DNA of 27,791 nucleotides, taken from a virus. Lineage: Duplodnaviria > Caudoviricetes. Both the position numbers and the translations under genes were made by a program. Positions 8,759 to 17,739 of the stretch are shown one piece after another (the stretch's first letter is position 1; each line of letters opens with the position of its first letter). Below the pieces are notes generated by a model. That model made no database searches. It was given only the letters and a program-made list of their open reading frames with translations, and had not been told where the DNA came from. The stretch is from positions 1 through 27,791 of IMG/VR virus record IMGVR_UViG_3300012942_000117. One strand, given 5' to 3'.

Positions 8759-9198
8759 TCCGGCCGGCCACCCATGACGACCTGCCGGCGCTGCTGGCCA
8801 TTGCCGACGCGATGCACGCCGAGTCGAGCTTTGCGGGTGTGACCTTCAGCGCCGAGAAGACCGCCGCGCTGTTCGCTGCACTCATCAATGGCGCCGGCTT
8901 CTTGATGGTGGCCGAGGCCGACGGCGAGGTGATCGGCGGCATGGCGGGGTGGTGTGCCGAGCACTTTTTCTCGCACGACAAGACCGCCGGCGACTTCGGC
9001 CTTTTCGTGCACCAGGACCGGCGCGGCGGCATGGCCGCGGCACGCCTGCTCAAGGCCTTTGCGCAATGGGCGCGGGAGCAGGGCGCCACCATGATCCGCG
9101 CCGGCATCACCACCGGCGTCCACCTCGAGGCGTCCACGCGCCTCTATCGCGCCGTCGGCTTCCGCCCTGTCGGCACCGTTCTCGAATTCACGGAGTAG
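8755..9198 (+). CDS. GNAT-family acetyltransferase-like protein
   Basis: MIRPAT.DD, FV..DRRGG..A.RLL, LY...GF motifs; occupies the T7 gp13-like position. Confidence 0.85.
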   Translation: MIRPATHDDLPALLAIADAMHAESSFAGVTFSAEKTAALFAALINGAGFLMVAEADGEVIGGMAGWCAEHFFSHDKTAGDFGLFVHQDRRGGMAAARLLKAFAQWAREQGATMIRAGITTGVHLEASTRLYRAVGFRPVGTVLEFTE

Positions 9199-9201
9199 GC
9201 C

Positions 9202-9684
9202 ATGTGCACTGGGGTGGAGATTCTTGCAGTTGGGTCGCTCATTGGTGGGGCCGTCGGCGCCGGCGCGGCGATCCACCAGGGCCAGGTCCAGAAGAACTAT
9301 GCCAACTACCAGGAGGACCAGGCCGAGGCCGATGCCAAGGCTGCCCAGGGCGCCGCCAAGGTCGAGGCCGAGCGCATCCGCAAGGCAGGCGCCCGGCAGC
9401 GCGCCGAGGCCGTTGCTGCGCTGGCCGGCTCCGGCATGGACGTCAACTCGAGCACCGCGCTCAAGATCGACCAGACGATCACGCGCAACGCCGAGGACGA
9501 CGCCTTCATGACGCTGACCGGCGCGAGCAACCAGGCTGCCCGGCTCAACGCGGCCGCAGGCGGCTACCGACTGCAGGGCTCCCAGGCGCTCAGCGCCGGC
9601 TACGTGGGCGCCGCCACCAACCTGCTGCAGGCATCCACGCGGGCCGGCTACGGCTGGAAGCAACCCGCCCCCACGGGAGTTTGA
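9202..9684 (+). CDS. Small internal virion (ejection) protein, T7 gp14-like
   Basis: MC start, Gly/Ala hydrophobic N-terminus, A.LAGSG.DV motif, position after the tail genes. Confidence 0.75.
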   Translation: MCTGVEILAVGSLIGGAVGAGAAIHQGQVQKNYANYQEDQAEADAKAAQGAAKVEAERIRKAGARQRAEAVAALAGSGMDVNSSTALKIDQTITRNAEDDAFMTLTGASNQAARLNAAAGGYRLQGSQALSAGYVGAATNLLQASTRAGYGWKQPAPTGV

Positions 9685-9687
9685 GGC

Positions 9688-12105
9688 ATGGCACGGATTC
9701 CACTGGGCAACTTCGCCGCGCCGGCGCAGGCACCGGCACCCGTCATCGGCGTCACCGCGCCGGGCGGCCGCGACTTCGTCGGCCAGGCCGTCGAGCGGCT
9801 GGGCGAGACGGGCGAGCAGGTCGCCAGCAACGCCCTGGAGGTCCAGCAGCGCGAAAAGTACCGGCAGATGGTCGAGGCCAAGCAGAAGGCCGACGCCATG
9901 GCGCGGGCCAAGGCTGCGGACGCCACACTCAACTACGGCCTGCAGGTCAAGGCCGCGCAGATGGATGTGCAGGACAAGATTTCCCGCGGCGACATTCCGT
10001 ACCAGCAAGGCGAGTCCGCCTTCAGCACCGCCGTCGACCAGATCACGCCGCCGGCGCCAGGCAACCTCGATCCCGCCCTGGCCGTGACGTTCAACACGGG
10101 CCTCAAGAGCGCCCGCGAGAACGCCCGCCTGCAGGTCCGGCAGTCGGTGCTGACCGCCCAGGATGACGAGTTCAAGAGCACTTTCGGCAGCGTGCTGGAC
10201 AAGCTGGGCAAGATGGCCGGGTTCGTCGGTGCCGACGTCGCCAGGATCAACGCCCAGGCCGATAGCTTCGCGCCCCTGGCCCGCCAAGCCGGCCTGAGCG
10301 AGGCGCAGGTCACCAAGACCCTGCAGGACTTCAAGGACAACAATTGGACGCAGCAGGCGACCCAGCGCGCCATGCTGGCCCGGAATGACGTCGGGCAGCT
10401 CGATCAGATCGCCGCGGACCTGGGTGGCGCGAAGGGGTTCTACGCCGACAAGCTCGACGCCAACAAGCGCAACGCCATCCTGTCCCAGGTGCTCAATCGC
10501 AAGCAGCTGCTGCTGGACCGCGCCGCGCACGCCCAGGACCGGGCCGATGCCGCTGGTGCGCGCGTGATCAACCAGATGGACGAACAGATCGCCAGCGGCG
10601 TGCCGGCCACCCCGGAAATGTTCGCCGACTGGGCGGACAAGACCAAGGGCACCGCCAGTGCGGCCGACTTCGACGCCCGGGTGAAGGACTACGACACGGT
10701 GCAGAAGGTGCTGCGCATGTCGCCGGCCGAACAGCAGACCTACCTGCAGCAGGCCCAGGCCAAGCTCCTCAGCGGCGGCGGCTCGGTGCACGACAAGACC
10801 ATGCTCGACCGCACCACCACGGCCGTGAACGCCAGCATCCAGCAGATGCGCACGGATCCGCTGCTGTGGAACCAATCCCGGCTCGGGGATGCCGTCGAGC
10901 CCATCAACGTGGCCGACCTGCCGCAGCTGGCCACCAGCGGCGAGCTGGCCACCACGTTGCAGCAGCGCGCCGCGACGCTGGACGCCATGCGCAAGCAGTA
11001 CGGCACCGAAGTGCCGATGAAGCTGCTGCTGCCGCAGGAGGCTGACGGCGTGTCGCGCGTGCTCGAGCAGGCCAGCCCGAAGCAACAGGCCGCGCTGTTC
11101 GGCGCGATGAAGAACGCCGCCGGCAACGACGCGGTATACGCCGCGGTGATGCAGCAGATCGCTCCGAAGAGCCCGGTGCTGGCCTACGCCGGCAAGATCA
11201 TGGGCACCGGCCGGCCAGCCATTGCGAGCGTGGAGACCCACTGGTTCTCGCCCAACGTGAACGTGGCGATGTCAGCCCAGGACGTGGCGCAGACCATGCT
11301 CGACGGCGAGGCGCTGATCAAGCCCGACGAGAAGGGCGCCGCCAAGTTCCCAATGCCGGCGGACGCGGGCGTGAACGGTCTTCGGGCGGTGTGGGCCACG
11401 GTGGTGGGCGACGGCTTCCGCGGAGACGGTGGCAGCGATGCCCAGGCCTACCAGGCGTTCCGGGCGATGTACGCCGGGCTCGCGGCCAAGGCCGGCAAGT
11501 CCGACGGCGTGTTGGATACCGACATCGCCACGATGGCCGCGCGCGCCAGCATCGGCAACGTGGGCGAGTGGAACGACAAGATCGTGATCCCGCCTTACGG
11601 CATGGACTTCGGCAAGTTCACCGACGCCGCCAACACCGCATGGGCCTCGGCTCGGGCGCACGTTCCGGGCGCCGCCGAGAACGACCTGGGTGCCTACGAC
11701 CTCGACCGCATCGGTGACGGCGTGTACGTGGTGAGCAACGGCCAAGCGCCGGTACGTGATGCCAACGGCAAGCCGGTGATCCTGCGCATCGCGCCCAGCG
11801 GGACGACATCGACCAGCACACCGCGTGGTCTGATCACGGCCGGCAACATTGACCTCATGCACCGGCCGGTCGTGAAGAACGACGACGGTACCTACTCGAC
11901 GGTGCGGTCGATTTCGATCAGCGAGGACGGGAAGGAGGTGCTCATTCCGACGGTCATCGGCGACCGGGTCGTCTCCAACAAAGAAGCGATCGCGCACTAC
12001 AAGAAAACCGGGGAGCACCTGGGAATCTTCGACAGCATCCAGGACGCCAACGCGTACGCCGAGACGCTGCACGAGCAGCAGGCCAAGCTCTACGGGGAAC
12101 AGTGA
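9688..12105 (+). CDS. Internal virion (ejection) protein with an appended C-terminal domain
   Basis: 805 aa, Ala/Gln-rich helical, MARIP start; about 90-aa globular C-terminal segment after a Thr/Ser linker. Confidence 0.8.
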   Translation: MARIPLGNFAAPAQAPAPVIGVTAPGGRDFVGQAVERLGETGEQVASNALEVQQREKYRQMVEAKQKADAMARAKAADATLNYGLQVKAAQMDVQDKISRGDIPYQQGESAFSTAVDQITPPAPGNLDPALAVTFNTGLKSARENARLQVRQSVLTAQDDEFKSTFGSVLDKLGKMAGFVGADVARINAQADSFAPLARQAGLSEAQVTKTLQDFKDNNWTQQATQRAMLARNDVGQLDQIAADLGGAKGFYADKLDANKRNAILSQVLNRKQLLLDRAAHAQDRADAAGARVINQMDEQIASGVPATPEMFADWADKTKGTASAADFDARVKDYDTVQKVLRMSPAEQQTYLQQAQAKLLSGGGSVHDKTMLDRTTTAVNASIQQMRTDPLLWNQSRLGDAVEPINVADLPQLATSGELATTLQQRAATLDAMRKQYGTEVPMKLLLPQEADGVSRVLEQASPKQQAALFGAMKNAAGNDAVYAAVMQQIAPKSPVLAYAGKIMGTGRPAIASVETHWFSPNVNVAMSAQDVAQTMLDGEALIKPDEKGAAKFPMPADAGVNGLRAVWATVVGDGFRGDGGSDAQAYQAFRAMYAGLAAKAGKSDGVLDTDIATMAARASIGNVGEWNDKIVIPPYGMDFGKFTDAANTAWASARAHVPGAAENDLGAYDLDRIGDGVYVVSNGQAPVRDANGKPVILRIAPSGTTSTSTPRGLITAGNIDLMHRPVVKNDDGTYSTVRSISISEDGKEVLIPTVIGDRVVSNKEAIAHYKKTGEHLGIFDSIQDANAYAETLHEQQAKLYGEQ

Positions 12106-14873
12106 TGGACGGCGACCTTTCCCCCAGCGAGCAGGCGGTATTCGACAACCTGTACGGCGCGGAGCCGGGCGAGGCCGCGCCGCGCACCCCTGGTATCCTC
12201 GCCGGCGCCTACAAGGCCGCGGCCGGCGTGCCATCGGCGCTGGCTGGGATCGGCCTGGACATCGGCCAGGCTGCGGTCAACATCACCGACCAGGCCACCA
12301 AGCCGGCGCAGTTCGTGGGCCTGTTCCAGGAGCTCGGCAATCAGAAGCCCGGCGAGCAGGACGCCGTCGGCACGGCCCTGGCCGCAACGCAATCACCGTT
12401 CGATCGGGCCAACCAGGTCATCGACGAGACGCGAGAGAGTGCCAACGAGCTGTACCGTCCGGACCCGCAGACCACGGGATTCATCGGCAACACGCTCTTC
12501 GGCGCCGTCGACGTCCTGACGCGCGTCGGCGTGGGCAACCTGGTGCTGCCTGGCGCCGGCCTGCCGCTGGCCGCTGGCACAACCGGCTTTGAGCGCACCA
12601 AGGAACTCGAGGCGCAGGGCGTCGACAGCAGCACGGCGATGCAGTCCGGCCTGCTGACCGGAGGCTCGCTGCTGGCCATGGGTGGCGTGACTAGCTTCGG
12701 CAGCACGACGCTGCAGCGCATCCTGACCGGCGGTCTGACCAACGTCGGCTTCGGTGCCGGCACGCGCGCCATCGACTCGAAGATCCTCGAGGCCAACGGC
12801 TACCACGCCCAGGCCGAGCAGCAGAAGTGGAACGACGGGGCATCATTGCTCGCCGACGCCGTGATCGGCTCGGTCTTCGGTGCGCTGCCGCACGGCGGCA
12901 AGACTAGGCCGGCGGACATGGTCGATGCCGCGCTGGGCGCCAAGAACGCGCAGAACGCCGCGGAGCTCGCGCCCGGCGTGCCGGCCGACCCACGCTCTTC
13001 CGCCGCCCACGCATCCGCCCTGGATGCCGCTGTGGACCAGCTGATGAACGGCAAGCCGGTGGACGTTGACGCCACGCTGCGCAATGCCGAGTTCGTGGAG
13101 CGGCCGGCCGAGGGCGACCAGACCGTCGCCGCGGGCCTGCACGAGGCGCTCACCGACGCCGGCGCGGCTCCCGCCGACCTGGCACCCACCCCTGGCGGCT
13201 ACGTCGCCTACCGTCGCGCGCTCGAGTCCGGCGGCAGGGCCGACGCGGCCAACCCGAACAGCTCGGCGCTGGGCCCCGACCAGTTCCTGGCGGCGACGTG
13301 GCTGAAGACCGTGGCCGATGCCGCGCCGGAGTGGGCCAAGGGCCTGACCAAGTCCCAATTGCTGGCCCTGCGCACGGATCCGGCGAAGTCTGCCGAGATG
13401 GCTGCGGTACTGGACCAGAGCAACGCCACGGCGCTCACCCAGGCCGGCGTCGAGGTGACCGACCAGACGCTCTACGCCGCGCACCACTTCGGCTCGAAGC
13501 GGGCGGTTGCCTTCGCCAACGCGGCCGACGACGCGCCGATGGCGTCGATCCTGACCAAGGCGGAGCTCAAGGCCAACCCATACCTGGACGGCCTGACCAA
13601 AGCTGAGGTGCTGGCCAACTGGAACCGGCGTGCCGGCCTCGCTGGCGTGCGGCCAGACGGCTCACCCGTCGATACCAACCCTGCCGGGCAGGCCCTTCGC
13701 CAGCGGCTGGTGGAGGATCCACGGAAGCTCTTCGCCGACTACGCGGCGCTTGCGGATTCAGAGGGTGGGCGCGTACTGAATACCGATGTGGCCCGCGAAC
13801 TGGCGCCGGAATATCTGGCCGATCGCACCCGCTCGGCGGACGTGCACGAGGCGGCCAGCGACACGATCAAGCTGCTCTACGAGGACAAGCTGGCGCAGCC
13901 GACGCCGGAGGGCTACAGCCCGGTTGTGTTGTTCACTGCGGGCGGCACGGGCGCTGGAAAGACTACAGCCGTTCGCTCGCTGCAGGGCATGGACCGGCCG
14001 CCGGAGCTGATCTACGACACCAACATGAACACGCTGAGCTCGGCGGTTCAGAAAATACAGCAGGCGCTGGACGCAGGCCGGAAAATCAGCATCCTCTACG
14101 TGTACCGCGACCCGGTGGACGCCCTGATCCATGGCGCTCTGCCGCGTGCGGAAAATCAGGCAAAGAAGTTCGGGACCGGGCGTACCGTGCCGTTGGCCGA
14201 ACACGCCCGAACTCACGCCGGCGTGCGGCCGGTCATCGATGCGCTGGCCGAGAAGTACAAGGGCGACCCGCGCGTCCAGATCAGCACGTACGATAATAGC
14301 CGCGGCAAGGGTCGCGGCGCCTTCGTTGACCTTGCGAAAGTGCCGAGGGTGGAGGAAAATGGAATCCATGAAAGGCTCCAGGCAGCCCTCGAAGAAGAGC
14401 ACCGCGCCGGCCGCATCTCCGATGCCACCCGCGCCGGCTTCAACGCCGCAGGCCGAGACGCACAAGCAGTACAGCGATCGCTTGTTCGCGGCGCTCGCGG
14501 CGAACCTCCAGAAGAACATCCGTCTGGACGAAGCCAAGCAGAACTGAGCCAGGGCTCGACCCGTGCGCCGTCCTCTGCCACCCCTGACACCCGAACAGCA
14601 AGCACGCCGGAAGGTGCTGGACGCCCGCAGCAAAGAGCTGCTGGAGCAGATGCGGGTGATGAGCAACGAACTGGCCTCGATCCGGCGCGAGCTGGAGAGG
14701 TCGAACGCGCCCGAGAGGCCTCAGCGAACCGTCCGGATGAAGTTCTAGACGACGGCACCACCGTGGCCGACGCACTCCGCGCGGCCGATCAGGAAGTCAC
14801 CCAGGCAGAAACGCAAGGCAAGGCCATCGAGGCCGCGGTTGCCTGCTTCCTGCGCTTTGGAGCAGCCGCATGA
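12102..14873 (+). CDS. Multidomain ejection protein: lytic transglycosylase-like domain plus zeta-toxin-like P-loop kinase domain
   Basis: ESGG...A.NPNSSA.G..QF...TW and YAAHHFG (lysozyme-like); VVLFTAGGTGAGKTT, LIYDTN, ILYVYRDP..A, YDNS (zeta-like kinase); start GTG 12102 or ATG 12105. Confidence 0.85.
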   Translation: MMDGDLSPSEQAVFDNLYGAEPGEAAPRTPGILAGAYKAAAGVPSALAGIGLDIGQAAVNITDQATKPAQFVGLFQELGNQKPGEQDAVGTALAATQSPFDRANQVIDETRESANELYRPDPQTTGFIGNTLFGAVDVLTRVGVGNLVLPGAGLPLAAGTTGFERTKELEAQGVDSSTAMQSGLLTGGSLLAMGGVTSFGSTTLQRILTGGLTNVGFGAGTRAIDSKILEANGYHAQAEQQKWNDGASLLADAVIGSVFGALPHGGKTRPADMVDAALGAKNAQNAAELAPGVPADPRSSAAHASALDAAVDQLMNGKPVDVDATLRNAEFVERPAEGDQTVAAGLHEALTDAGAAPADLAPTPGGYVAYRRALESGGRADAANPNSSALGPDQFLAATWLKTVADAAPEWAKGLTKSQLLALRTDPAKSAEMAAVLDQSNATALTQAGVEVTDQTLYAAHHFGSKRAVAFANAADDAPMASILTKAELKANPYLDGLTKAEVLANWNRRAGLAGVRPDGSPVDTNPAGQALRQRLVEDPRKLFADYAALADSEGGRVLNTDVARELAPEYLADRTRSADVHEAASDTIKLLYEDKLAQPTPEGYSPVVLFTAGGTGAGKTTAVRSLQGMDRPPELIYDTNMNTLSSAVQKIQQALDAGRKISILYVYRDPVDALIHGALPRAENQAKKFGTGRTVPLAEHARTHAGVRPVIDALAEKYKGDPRVQISTYDNSRGKGRGAFVDLAKVPRVEENGIHERLQAALEEEHRAGRISDATRAGFNAAGRDAQAVQRSLVRGARGEPPEEHPSGRSQAELSQGSTRAPSSATPDTRTASTPEGAGRPQQRAAGADAGDEQRTGLDPARAGEVERAREASANRPDEVLDDGTTVADALRAADQEVTQAETQGKAIEAAVACFLRFGAAA
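14332..14360 (+). promoter_or_regulatory. Candidate internal sigma70 promoter TTGCGA-N17-GAAAAT
   Basis: Hexamers at 14332-14337 and 14355-14360, directly upstream of nested ORF A; GGAGG at 14351-14355. Confidence 0.35.
14359..14547 (+). CDS. Nested (+1 frame) ORF A, candidate antitoxin/immunity protein
   Basis: ATG 14359 or 14368 after GGAGG; G/C-ending codons in this frame while the host frame shifts to A/T-ending codons; amphipathic helix YSDRLFAALAANLQKNI. Confidence 0.55.
   Translation: MESMKGSRQPSKKSTAPAASPMPPAPASTPQAETHKQYSDRLFAALAANLQKNIRLDEAKQN
14563..14748 (+). CDS. Nested (+1 frame) ORF B, small helical/coiled-coil protein
   Basis: GTG start 8 nt after AGGG; LTPEQQARR..L...SKELLEQM...L..IRREL; same codon-bias switch. 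Confidence 0.55.
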   Translation: MRRPLPPLTPEQQARRKVLDARSKELLEQMRVMSNELASIRRELERSNAPERPQRTVRMKF

Positions 14874-17422
14874 GAGCCGAATGCATCCAGGCCGTGGGCC
14901 AGGCGTTGGGCCGCGCGCCGAACGCCACGGAGACCCGCGACATCGAGAACCGCGTGCGCCTCGCCGCCCGCCGCCTCGCCGCCCAGGACCCGGCCAAGTG
15001 GCAAGCGCTGCCCCAGGCTGACCAGCTGCAGCAGGCCGGCGCAGCCGCCGCCAAGGACCTGCTGCACGAGGCCGCGCTCAAGCGCCACCGCGTCGCCATG
15101 GGCATCCTCACGCACGATCGCATGCGCAACTACATTGACGCCCAAGTCGCCGCCGGCTTCGACAAGGACGGCATCGCGGCGCTGTCGCGCATGCTGACCA
15201 GCGAGGCCGACGGCAAGAACAACATCACCAGCGTGGAGGGCGCCGCGCAGGGCATTGAGGCGGCGGCGTCGACGTTCCTCACGCGCACGTGGGACGTGGC
15301 CGGCGGACGGTTCCTGAAGATGCTGCGCGATCCCGCGGCCGAGCGGTTGCTGGTGCGTGCCCTGCACGGCGACGGGAGCGTGCCCAAGGCGTTCCGGGAT
15401 GCGGCTGCGGATTTCCACGAGATCGCCGAGCGGCTGCGCCAGCGGTTCAACGCGGCCGGCGGTGATGTCGGCCGGCTGGTGAATTGGGGCATGCCGCATA
15501 CCTGGTCGCGCGCACTGCTGCTGAAGCAGGGCCGGCAGGCATGGATCGACGGCATGCTGCCGCGCCTCGATCGCAGCCAGTACGTGCACGAGGACGGCCG
15601 GTCCTACACCACCGACGAGCTGCGTGAGTTCCTGGGCGAGGCCTGGCGTTCGGTGGTGACCGAGGGCGCCAACAAGGTGCTAGGCAAGGGAGGTGCAGTC
15701 GGCACCGGCATCAAGGCCAATCGCAACCGCGCAGAGCGGCAGATTCACCTGGCCGGCCCCGACGCCTACATGGAGGCCATGGCGCAGTTCAGCGACCGCG
15801 GCGTGCTCGACGCCATGATGGGGCACGTGCACCGCATGTCCCGTGACATCGCCCTGATCGAGCAGTTCGGCCCGAACGCCGACCGCCAGTTCGCGCACTT
15901 CCTCGAGCAGGAGACGGCCAAGGTCACGGACGCCAACCCGGACCGGATGGCCCGCGCCGACAAGGATGGGCATTTCGTCGAGCGCCTCTACAACTACGTG
16001 GCCGGCAACAGCGCGCCACCCCCCGAGACCTTCCTGGGCAAGGCCGCGAAGGTCTATCGGCAGCTGCAGGTGCTCAAGCTCGGCTCGGCCCTGATTTCGT
16101 CTTTCGGCGACCACGCCACGATGCACCTCACGGCGCACATCAACGGCATCCCGAAGATGAAGCTGTTCCTGAACAACCTGCGCACCACGTACGGCCATCC
16201 GTTCTCGAAGGCAGACCAGGAGCGCGCGGCTGCTGCTGGCCTGATGGTGCGCACCTATGCCCAGCAGCTCGCCCGCTACGGCGACGAGGTGGGCGCACAC
16301 GGCTGGTCCTCGAAGCTGACCAACACCTTCATGAAGGTCACGCTGCTGCCGTACTTCACGGAGGCCCGCCGGCGTGCCTTCAGCTACGGGATGATGGACC
16401 AGGTCGGCAAGGCCTTGCGCGACCACAAGACCATGGCCACGCTCAACGATGCGGACCAGCGGTTCCTGAAGCACTCCGGCATCACCGAGGCCGACTGGCA
16501 GGTGCTGCGCCTGGCTAAGCCAGACGACTTCGCCGGCAACCACACGCTGATCACGCCCGAGGAGATTTACCAGATCCCCGATGCTGACATCGCCAAGGTG
16601 ACCGCCGAGGCTCCAGACCTGGCCCGGGATCGAGCCGCGGCCAACCTGATGGCGTTCGTCTACGGCGAGCAGGATCGGGCGGTGCTCGAGCCGAAGGCCA
16701 AGTCCCGCCTGCACACTGGCGTCGACGTCAATGACGACACGCTCAAGGGCTTCCTGACCCACAGCTTCACCACGTTCCGCAGCTTCAGCTTCGAGATGTA
16801 CGAGGCGCAGATCAAGCGGTCCCTGAAGGCCTTCGACACCAAGACTGGATCGGCCGCCTACATGTCGGCGCTGATCGCCAGCACCATCGTCCTGGGCGCA
16901 GCCGCCAACGCTATGCGCGACATCGCCAATGGTCGCGACCCGCGCACCTTGAACCTGGATACGGAGGCGGGCCGCAAGAACTGGGTGGCCGCCCTGATCA
17001 CCGGCGGCGGCCTGGGCATCTACGGCGATTTCCTGATCAACACTTATGGCGGCTCGCGCGGATCGAGCCTCTCCGAGACCGCCGCCGGCCCGATGGTGCA
17101 GGACATTGGCACGCTGCTCAACGTTGGCCAGCAGCTGGTCGCCCAGGGCACCGATCCCGACGCGGAGCTGGCGCGCAAGCTGCGACCCACCGGCGTGTCG
17201 GCGGTGCGCACGGCCAAGTCCTACGTGCCGGGCGGTTCGCTCTGGTACACCCGCGCCGCCCTGGACCGGCTGATCTTCAACCAGCTGAGCGACTACTTCA
17301 GCCCGGGCCACCTGGCCCGCATGAAGTCCAAAGCGCGCCAGCAGCACCGCACCTCGTGGTGGGCGCCTGACGAGGTCGCGCCGAAGCGTGCCCCGAACCT
17401 CGAGACCGTAGGAGCGAAGTGA
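14870..17422 (+). CDS. Large internal virion (ejection) protein
   Basis: 850 aa; ATGA overlap; MRAECIQAV start, GGGLGIYGDF and LWY.R.ALDR motifs of BPP-1/epsilon15-type core proteins. Confidence 0.82.
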   Translation: MRAECIQAVGQALGRAPNATETRDIENRVRLAARRLAAQDPAKWQALPQADQLQQAGAAAAKDLLHEAALKRHRVAMGILTHDRMRNYIDAQVAAGFDKDGIAALSRMLTSEADGKNNITSVEGAAQGIEAAASTFLTRTWDVAGGRFLKMLRDPAAERLLVRALHGDGSVPKAFRDAAADFHEIAERLRQRFNAAGGDVGRLVNWGMPHTWSRALLLKQGRQAWIDGMLPRLDRSQYVHEDGRSYTTDELREFLGEAWRSVVTEGANKVLGKGGAVGTGIKANRNRAERQIHLAGPDAYMEAMAQFSDRGVLDAMMGHVHRMSRDIALIEQFGPNADRQFAHFLEQETAKVTDANPDRMARADKDGHFVERLYNYVAGNSAPPPETFLGKAAKVYRQLQVLKLGSALISSFGDHATMHLTAHINGIPKMKLFLNNLRTTYGHPFSKADQERAAAAGLMVRTYAQQLARYGDEVGAHGWSSKLTNTFMKVTLLPYFTEARRRAFSYGMMDQVGKALRDHKTMATLNDADQRFLKHSGITEADWQVLRLAKPDDFAGNHTLITPEEIYQIPDADIAKVTAEAPDLARDRAAANLMAFVYGEQDRAVLEPKAKSRLHTGVDVNDDTLKGFLTHSFTTFRSFSFEMYEAQIKRSLKAFDTKTGSAAYMSALIASTIVLGAAANAMRDIANGRDPRTLNLDTEAGRKNWVAALITGGGLGIYGDFLINTYGGSRGSSLSETAAGPMVQDIGTLLNVGQQLVAQGTDPDAELARKLRPTGVSAVRTAKSYVPGGSLWYTRAALDRLIFNQLSDYFSPGHLARMKSKARQQHRTSWWAPDEVAPKRAPNLETVGAK

Positions 17423-17739
17423 TGGAATCCGAACAGCGCGACCGCATTGCCGACGTGATGGGCCGCCTCACCGAGGTGGCGCTGCGCGATGCCGACCCGG
17501 ATAGCTGGACTGCCGCCCACAAATCGCTCAAGGACATGAGCAAAGCGGAGCGCGGCGATGCAGCCTGGTGCCGAAAGACCGCGTGCATGACCGTATCGCT
17601 GCTGCTGCAGTTCCAGCGCCTACACCAGCAAGCCGCGCAGGATCCCGCGCCCGGCGATGTGGCACCAAGCCTGGATGAGGAGCTGGCGGCCGCCGAGGCC
17701 AAGGCGCGCGAGTTGCTGGAGCGTGTGGGGGCAAGATGA
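17419..17739 (+). CDS. Putative terminase small subunit
   Basis: 106 aa helical protein coupled to TerL (ATGA overlap); assigned by position. Confidence 0.6.
   Translation: MMESEQRDRIADVMGRLTEVALRDADPDSWTAAHKSLKDMSKAERGDAAWCRKTACMTVSLLLQFQRLHQQAAQDPAPGDVAPSLDEELAAAEAKARELLERVGAR

Noticed and set aside
8323-11241. Long minus-strand ORFs (972 aa here; also 6470-8719, 15680-17347, 1107-2585, 22333-23901)
   Set aside because: Antisense shadows of GC-rich plus-strand genes; no recognisable motifs
14131-14358. Upstream extension of nested ORF A (138 aa in the track)
   Set aside because: Overlaps the kinase core where the host frame carries the motifs; the RBS and codon switch appear only from about 14350
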